Positions 57,901-64,000 of a DNA stretch of 64,000 nt are shown piece by piece. The notes beneath the pieces are model-generated. The model was not told the origin of the DNA and did not search any database. It worked only from the letters and a program-made list of their open reading frames with translations. The first letter of the stretch is position 1. Each line of letters starts with the position of its first letter. The stretch comes from Rebecca billardiae RCC1528 (lineage: Eukaryota; Protista; Haptophyta): positions 1,178,001 through 1,242,000 of the forward strand of contig OZ251238.1 in the NCBI GenBank assembly GCA_965240325.2. The letters are read 5' to 3'. Made by a program: the position numbers and the translations under genes.

Positions 57901-58682
57901 GCGCTTTGGGCGTGCCTGTGGTCGAGCCCGCCAGGGCGCACATGCCGCCATCGCCACCGCCTTCGCCGCCGCCGCCCTTTTCGAGTCCGCCAGACGCATC
58001 GTCTTCGCCGGCTAGGCCGCCTCTGCCATCACAGCCTGGGCATCCTCCCAGCGCACCGCGTGGGCCCGTACCAGCCAGCCCCGCCAGCCCGCCCGCGCCG
58101 CCTCCGCCCTCCGCCCCTGGGCTTTCCGTGCCTCCGCTGCCGCCCTCACCATCGCCGCCTCCTGGTCGGCCACCCCTTGCACCTCCACCACCGCTCACTG
58201 ACTCCCTCCTCGAGGCGACGGACGACCTGTCAGCCACGGCAACGCCTGCCATCAGCGCCGAAGCACAGCAGAGCACCATCCGACCGGAGCCTGCCAGCGT
58301 GATCACCGCGCCGAGGAACCGGACTACCTTTGGCGAGTACGTGACCGAGCCGCGCTTCTTGGGCACTTCCCTGGTGTGGTGGGGCGTCCTCGTCCCGACC
58401 AACGTCGCGCTGGTCTGGGTGCTCGCAAAGACCTGGTACAAGTGCAGCGCTCGGCATGCGATGGCCCTCGTGCATGCAGACGCCTCCGAGCGCCTCACCA
58501 TGCACGCGCCGGTGCACATGGCAGACTCTGAACGTTCCAGCATGCCGCCGCCAAGCCGCGCGCGCAGCGCGTGGAACTCGCGCAGCGTGACGACGGTATC
58601 GGCCGCTGCGCCTGGCAGAAGTGGGCGCGAGCTCAGTAGCGTGCGCTCGTCCTGGGCGGTGGACGACAGGGTGCAGGTGTGA
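44355..58682 (+). CDS. Giant single-pass surface protein, ~4775 aa, single exon: signal peptide, Cys-rich head, (SPPP)n shaft, 7 SEA-like modules, TM, short tail
   Basis: Signal MRMTRSALLLLAITPRLVHG. About 150-aa Cys-rich region with GFYSP/GYYSP motifs. SPPP repeats at 44880-55160. Seven ~100-aa modules (A..LGV....V.V ... L..LSA.LGV.V). TM LVWWGVLVPTNVALVWVLA; the protein ends DDRVQV. Confidence 0.88.
44880..55160 (+). repeat. Coding (Ser-Pro3/4)n extensin-like repeat, ~3430 codons
   Basis: Continuous SPPP/SPPPP translation with mixed CCG/CCA/CCC/CCT and AGC/TCG/TCA codons; some larger internal duplications. Confidence 0.95.
55523..57970 (+). repeat. Near-identical ~820-bp intragenic duplication (55523-56344 and 57149-57970) covering two SEA-like modules
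   Basis: Offset 1626 bp; only scattered substitutions (e.g. LSVTE/LGVTE, GSAAS/GSVAS, VMPML/VMSML). Confidence 0.93.
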
Positions 58683-58763
58683 TCGATGATGACTCATCAA
58701 CTCATCTGATGACGACGCGCGCTGACTGACTGACAGTGCGCTGATGATATGATACGTGGCGTA

Positions 58764-58797
58764 CTCTCTCTCTCTCTCTAGCAGTCTCTCTCTCTCT
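58764..58797. repeat. Interrupted (CT)n microsatellite
   Basis: CTCTCTCTCTCTCTCT-AGCAG-TCTCTCTCTCTCT. Confidence 0.9.
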
Positions 58798-59190
58798 ATG
58801 ATCGGCTACGCCGATCTTCGATTCTTCGGGTAGTGAAAACGAAGTTGAGGGCCGGCACGGCCCTGCTTTGCTCGGCCCATTCATCCGACTATGGCGCGGC
58901 ATACTACATCCAGCCCAGGCAGACAATGGCACTACTGACCACGCTTGGCAGCCCGAACGAAGTCTCGGCGCCGAGACCGAGGGCCCGCCTGCACCGGCGG
59001 GCCAGCCCGGCGGTCCCTCCTCAGCCACGCGCGCGGCGGCAGATTCGCAGACTACTACTGTCTGTAACTAGCCCTGCCTGCGCGTGCACCAGCGGCGATG
59101 CACGTGGGCGGCGTTGCGCGGCGCGAAGAGGGCCAGGGCCATGTCAGTCTCGACTCCGCCGCGTCGCACGCGGCCGAACGCGCGCTCAGC

Positions 59191-60156
59191 CTAATGCGTG
59201 CGCAGCTGCGACGGCGCCCCAACCGTCCTAGCCCGTCCCCAGCGGCCAAGCTCGCCTGCCGCCGCGGCCACCGAGCTCGCCGCCGCCCTCGGCGCGCCTG
59301 CAGAGTCATTGGTGCCATCACCGCCGCCTGCGGCAGGCGCGCGCGCGGGGCGCGGCGCGGCGGGCTCGAGGCGCGGCGCCGCCGAGCGCGGCAGCGCACG
59401 CTCCGACGTGCGACGGCCACCCCCGCGAGTACCGTCGCGCGAGCGCGCGCTGCTGACTGGCCCGGGCGCGGCGCCGCCCGCTGCCGCGCCGCCGCCCGCT
59501 AGCAGCTCGTGAGTGGGAGGCGATGTGCTGCCCTCGTCGTCGCGCGGCGGCGAGCACTTACCCACCGCAACCGACATCGCCGACGCGGCCGCCCACGCGC
59601 ACACCCTGGGCGCCGGCTCGGAGGCCGCGCCGCCAGCGCCGCCCCTCGTGCTGCTGCTGCGGCTGCTGCTGCGGCGCGCCGTCTTCGGCCGCGCCGCTCG
59701 CGGCGGGCCGAGGGCGCATGCGGTAGGGCGCAGCGAACAGCGCGAACGCGCCCGCATCCGCCGCGTTCTGAGCAGTGAGCTTTGTTTGTCCGCGCCGCCA
59801 TCGTGCGCATCGTGCGCTGCGGCCGGGCGGCCAAGAAGAGCGCCGGCGCTGCGGCTGCGGCGCCCGCGTCGCGTCGCGCGCCGCCAGCGCGGGCGCATCT
59901 GCGGCGCGGCCGAGAGCCGGCGGTGGCGTGGACGCTCGCGGCTCGGCCTTGAGCGGCGCGCCCGCCTCCGACGCCTCCGCTGCGCCGTGCGCGAGCGCGT
60001 GCGGGCGGCGGCTGCGGCGTGCGTCACCGCGTGCGCGTGCGCGCTCTCGTAGTTGACTAGCTTCATCAGCCTGTCTGGCTCCGCGTCGTCGTCGAGGCTC
60101 GTCGTCATGATTGATATCGCGCGGGCATCAGATTTGTGTTCCTCGCTCGGCGGCAT
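59191..60156 (-). CDS. Possible low-complexity hypothetical protein or gene fragment
   Basis: ATG-initiated 321-codon ORF. The N-terminus looks protein-like (MTTSLDDDAEPDRLMKLVNYE); the rest is Arg/Ala low complexity and may be spurious or spliced. Confidence 0.2.
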   Translation of the reverse strand: MPPSEEHKSDARAISIMTTSLDDDAEPDRLMKLVNYESAHAHAVTHAAAAARTRSRTAQRRRRRRARRSRPSRERPRHRRLSAAPQMRPRWRRATRRGRRSRSAGALLGRPAAAHDAHDGGADKQSSLLRTRRMRARSRCSLRPTACALGPPRAARPKTARRSSSRSSSTRGGAGGAASEPAPRVCAWAAASAMSVAVGKCSPPRDDEGSTSPPTHELLAGGGAAAGGAAPGPVSSARSRDGTRGGGRRTSERALPRSAAPRLEPAAPRPARAPAAGGGDGTNDSAGAPRAAASSVAAAAGELGRWGRARTVGAPSQLRTH

Positions 60157-60159
60157 TGC

Positions 60160-60900
60160 AGTCGTGATGACGGTTCGTGACTCGACATCAATATTCCCAT
60201 ATTCAGGCGAATAGCTGTTTCAGGCTCACAATCACATCACGCAGGTATTCACAACTGTCCCGGAAGCACCGGCGGCACCTCTGTCTGGAGACCACACTGA
60301 TTGGCTTTGAATCGGATCTCGATATCAAGAAGCCAGGCTTCTTGATCTTCTTGATTCTGGTCACCGATGAATCGTCCTATATATATGACTAATCATGCTT
60401 AATATGGGCATGAGAATCTTGGGTCACAACCGCGCACTCATTGTATTCCGCCTTTCAAGTTGTCCAGGACACACTCGTTTTCAGAGAGCTGTTAATCCTC
60501 GCGGATCTATAGAGGTGTCGAATGCCACCCGCATTGGGCCAAGAAGGCCAAGGCCATTTGTTGCTATTCAGCGAGGATTTATTGTCCTATTAGTATCCAT
60601 GCTGCAAAAAATACTAATAATACGAGCAGGGGAATCGGATAGTACGAACGCAATCATGAGCAGCGATATCGTCTCAAATGCGTTGTTCACACCTAAATCC
60701 ACCTACAAAAATCCCCAAAATCCTGCGCGCCTCGTCTTTTTTTGATTTTGCGGAGCACGTGCCAGTGACGTGCGCCTCCCCCCCTCCGCCCCCGGCTTAA
60801 CAGTAAGGCCGGCTTTCGCTCACGCTCAGACCTTTCGGGGGGGGGGGGGGGGGGGGGGGGCGTGCGCCATAGTAATTCATGATGATTTATAAAGACACAG
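60160..60900. other. Low-GC island ending in a G24 homopolymer (60837-60860)
   Basis: Abrupt shift to A/T-balanced composition. Perfect palindrome ATCAAGAAGCC-A-GGCTTCTTGAT at 60324-60346; C-rich run at 60778-60793. Confidence 0.7.
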
Positions 60901-61217
60901 GCACGAGGGCGCAGCTCTCCTGATTCGCTTGTCGTGGTACTGGTCGAAGCTTGCAGCAGTGGCAGTTGTGTTCATGAGCACGTTCGGATGATGTTGGTCG
61001 CCAGGCGGTTGATGTTGTTGTCGTCGTCGACGTCGAGTCAGGCCCGTAGCTTACAAAACTAAACAAAACTCACTCAAAAGGCGTGATTGACGCCAGCATC
61101 CAACACTGCACAAAGACACCACCACAGAGCAGACCGGCGCAGGCAGGTGAGGGGCGCGTTGCCGCACCTCATCAGTAACGGGCTGAGCCAACTGGCGCGG
61201 CGCGGCTACCGTAGTCG

Positions 61218-61261
61218 TACAGTTTACTAAGAAAAGAGACGCACACAGCTCAGGCAGGCGA
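61218..61261 (+). repeat. Dispersed repeat copy C (TACAGTTTACTAAGAAAAGAGACGCACACAGCTCAGGCAGGCGA), ~165 bp upstream of the MFS ATG
   Basis: Matches copy B over 44 bp and copy A over 22 bp. Confidence 0.85.
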
Positions 61262-61426
61262 CGGGTACTGCCAGCTCATCGCATGCGCATATTGTGTCGT
61301 GCATGCGCATTCCGTTGCTCAGTGACAGGCGACGCGACCGTGGAACCCATTGTAGGGCGGTGCATCCGCACAGCAAGAAGGCCGCATCAAGCTGAAAGCG
61401 GGGCGGCTTCACCAGAGCACCTCGCC

Positions 61427-62749
61427 ATGGACGGCGCCGCGGCGACGCGCGTCGCGGCGTACTGGGGGATTTCGGCCGGCACACTCGGGCTGCAGTACGC
61501 GTACGGCCTCCTGCTCGTCGACCTGATCGCCGAGTTCAGCTCGAGCCGCGCGCTGGTCGCGGCAGTCGGCTCGGCCGGCACCGCGGTGATGGAGCTGACC
61601 TCCGCGCTCGGCGGCTGGCTGATTGCGCAGCGCGGCGAGCGCATCGTGTGCTTCACGGGCGCGGTGTGCGCTGGGATCGGCCTCGCGACGAGCGCCTCCG
61701 CGACCGCGCTGTGGCAGCTCTTCCTCACGTACAGCCTGCTCACCGGCGTGGGCCACTCGCTTGCCCTCATCTCGGGCGTGGTGATGTGCAACCGCTACTT
61801 CGAGAAGCGGCGCTCGCTCGCGCAGGCGATCGCGAACACGGGCGCGGGCGTGGGCCCGTTCGTGCTCGGCCTCACCTGGAGCCAGCTGCGCGACCGCCTC
61901 GGCTGGCGCAGCACGCTCCAGCTGCTCGGCGCGGCCGACTTCGTGCTGCTGTGCGCATGCGCGGCCGTGCTCACGCGCCCGGGCTTGCCGCTCGTGCCCG
62001 CCGGCTGCCTCGCTCGCGGGAAGCAGCAAGGCGCGGAGGGCGCAGAGAGCAGCGGAGGCGGCGCCGAGCGCCCGGTGCCCTGGTCCACCCTCCTCTCCCG
62101 CCGGCCGCTCCGCCCCATCCTCGCCGCCGCCTGCCTGTTCGGGCTGGGTAGCTGGATCCCCATTGTGCACCTCGTGCAGCAGCTGCTCGACCTGGGGTTC
62201 GCGCCCGCGCGCGCGTACGGCGTGCTGCTCTGGGTCGCGATCGGGAACGTGGTGCTGCGCGTGCCGGCGAACGCGCTGGCCGACGTGATCGGCCGGCGGC
62301 ACATGTGGGCCGCCTCGTGCGTCCTCTTCGCCTGCGCCGACCTCGCGCTGCTCGCACCCGCCGTGGCCGCGTCGTACGCCGCGCTCTGCGCGTATGGCGT
62401 GCTGGCGGGTGGCTGCCTCGGCACTTGCAACTCGCTGATGCCCGCGTTCACGCCCGACGCGGTGGAGGCAGGGGAGATGAGCCAGGCCGTCTCGCTCGCC
62501 ATCTCGGCGATGGGCGTGGGCGTGAGCACCGGGCCCGCCATCGCCGGCGCGCTGTACGACGCGCGCGGCACGTATCGGGAGGCGTGGGTGTTTGCGGCCG
62601 TGATGCTGCTCGCAGCCGCGGCGCTCCTCGAGGCGTCCACCCTCTGGGCGTTGCGCGCCGCGAGCGAGGACCGCTCGGGGGAGCGCGCGTGCTGCCGCCA
62701 GGCTCGAGGCACAGCGGCGGATGCTGAGAGCGATGGTGCCGAGCAGTGA
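61427..62749 (+). CDS. MFS transporter, monocarboxylate porter (SLC16/MCT)-like, 440 aa
   Basis: About 12 hydrophobic segments; MCT-type motif YFEKRRSLAQAIANTGAGVG; also LADVIGRR and GPAIAGALYDARGTY. Confidence 0.9.
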   Translation: MDGAAATRVAAYWGISAGTLGLQYAYGLLLVDLIAEFSSSRALVAAVGSAGTAVMELTSALGGWLIAQRGERIVCFTGAVCAGIGLATSASATALWQLFLTYSLLTGVGHSLALISGVVMCNRYFEKRRSLAQAIANTGAGVGPFVLGLTWSQLRDRLGWRSTLQLLGAADFVLLCACAAVLTRPGLPLVPAGCLARGKQQGAEGAESSGGGAERPVPWSTLLSRRPLRPILAAACLFGLGSWIPIVHLVQQLLDLGFAPARAYGVLLWVAIGNVVLRVPANALADVIGRRHMWAASCVLFACADLALLAPAVAASYAALCAYGVLAGGCLGTCNSLMPAFTPDAVEAGEMSQAVSLAISAMGVGVSTGPAIAGALYDARGTYREAWVFAAVMLLAAAALLEASTLWALRAASEDRSGERACCRQARGTAADAESDGAEQ

Positions 62750-63127
62750 CGTTCTGTCGGCATCTGACGTCCGGATGGGGCTGGCCAGGGTAGGGCTGGA
62801 GGCTGAGTCGGCCGTCGGTCTGATCACCCGGAGCCCGTTATTATAAAGGGGTATTTATACGGGTCCGTACCTCTATAGCTAACTACCTATCTGCTGATAT
62901 ATAGCTGACGATAATATATATATGACCGCGTTCCGCGGTCCTTTTTCCGTAGAACGAACGTAGTTCAGGGCCCGCGGTGGCGGTGCACCCTCCGTCGCAG
63001 TCGTCTATTGACAGACCAGTTGCATATGCCCGTACAACTAGACTCCAGCGGCGCGCCGCCGCCCGCCGCGCCGGGCGGGCCCATTGCAGCCGCCGGCGCG
63101 GCGCCGATTGTGTACAGGCGGATGCGA

Positions 63128-63430
63128 CGAGGCGTGATCGACGCATGAGCGCGACTCCACGTGCACACCAGGCCACGCGGAGCTGACAGCCAGGGAGCAC
63201 GGTGCGGGGCCGCGGATTCGTTCGGGCCGCTGCTGCTGACCGCTGTCCCCGGGGTCACTCCCCGCGCCGGCAGCGCCCGGGAGTAGGGCTGGAGGAGTAG
63301 GGTCCGAGTAGGGTTCGACCAGCGCCTGCGCGACGGCCGACAGGCGGGCGCGAGGCGTGATCGACGCATGAGCGCAACTCTACGTGCACGCCAGGCCACG
63401 CGGAGCTGACAGCCCGAGGGAGCACGGTGC
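63128..63430. repeat. Imperfect ~78-bp direct repeat (63128-63205 and 63351-63430)
   Basis: CGAGGCGTGATCGACGCATGAGCGC...CCAGGCCACGCGGAGCTGACAGCC...GGGAGCACGGTGC occurs twice, differing by 3 transitions and a 2-bp indel. Confidence 0.85.
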
Positions 63431-64000
63431 CGAGGTGCGAGGGACCCGTTGCAAGCGTGAGCGCCGAAAAAACGACACTTCGGCGGCCTAGAGTGACGAT
63501 ACAGTCTTGCAGGCGGCGGCGGCGGCGGCGGGAGCGTGACAGTGCGTCTACCATCACCTTCCGTCTAGCGCGCTACGCCGCGCGTGCCGGGTAGTGCCCC
63601 CGGCCCGCCGCAGCAGCAGCCTCGACAAGTGAAGAGACGATGACCGCGGACGCAGTGCCGCCGAGTACAGCCTGCATCCACTTGCCGCGCGGCGCGCACT
63701 GTAGTTGCACTTGCAGCGCTCGCGCTCGGCGAGCATGGGCGTGCGCTCAGGCGTGTCAAGTGCTGTCTCGTCGGCGCGCTTTCGCCTGCCACCTCGTGCA
63801 CCCGTGCACGCAGCTTCATCGTCTTCATGAGGACTGCTGTGCTGCTGTCGCCATCACCCGAGTCCGAGTCGCGCGCGGCGCGCGCGGTGGCAGCTGTGCA
63901 CCGCAGAGTGTCACCGCTGCTGCTTCGCAGCAGTCATCAGCAGCTGCGTCGTCATCCTCCTCGTCGTCGGCTTCCACTGCCGCAAGAGGGAACGCTGCCA

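Noticed and set aside
23133-58543. Very long Gly-, Arg- or Ala-rich ORFs on other frames and strands (e.g. 23360-32446, 25814-31537, 45802-53967, 49508-54415)
   Set aside because: Shadow frames of Pro-codon repeats in very high GC DNA; they have no domain content.
62924-62965. Helitron 3' end or bacterial intrinsic terminator
   Set aside because: No CTRR terminus at the expected distance, and intrinsic terminators are not expected in this nuclear context.
1-64000. tRNA, rRNA or snRNA genes
   Set aside because: None recognised by eye; an Infernal or tRNAscan-SE run would be needed to exclude them.

Overview
Very GC-rich eukaryotic (algal/protist) genomic DNA. It has short GC-rich GT-AG introns and a likely bipartite plastid-targeting presequence, so a haptophyte such as a Pavlovales alga is plausible (inference only). 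Genes in order: 3' end of a probable M48 peptidase; a 3.5-kb CACAG...CTGTG TIR element with a decayed ORF; a TA-flanked MITE; an intronless TPR-array + CHAT (caspase-like) protease; an ABC-F ATPase; a 3-exon USP deubiquitinase; a CGRRF1-like membrane RING ligase; a 1.7-kb foldback-like element with 8+8 phased terminal motifs; an EamA/DMT transporter; a second MITE; a ~6,050-aa intronless polycystin-1-like receptor; NUP42; a ~4,775-aa intronless single-pass Ser-Pro shaft protein; and an SLC16/MCT-like MFS transporter. The main candidate for an undescribed system is the pair of giant surface proteins. The first has a poly-Pro shaft, REJ, GAIN/GPS, five PKD1-type TMs, an IQ motif and an EF-hand pair, but no channel domain. 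The second has a Cys-rich head and 7 SEA-like modules. Their shafts are near-equal in length (~3,450 aa) and they share the SEA-like module. The second candidate is the immune-receptor-like TPR-CHAT gene, whose 120-bp repeats are near-identical except in one helix. All calls rest on motif reading by eye; no database searches were run.
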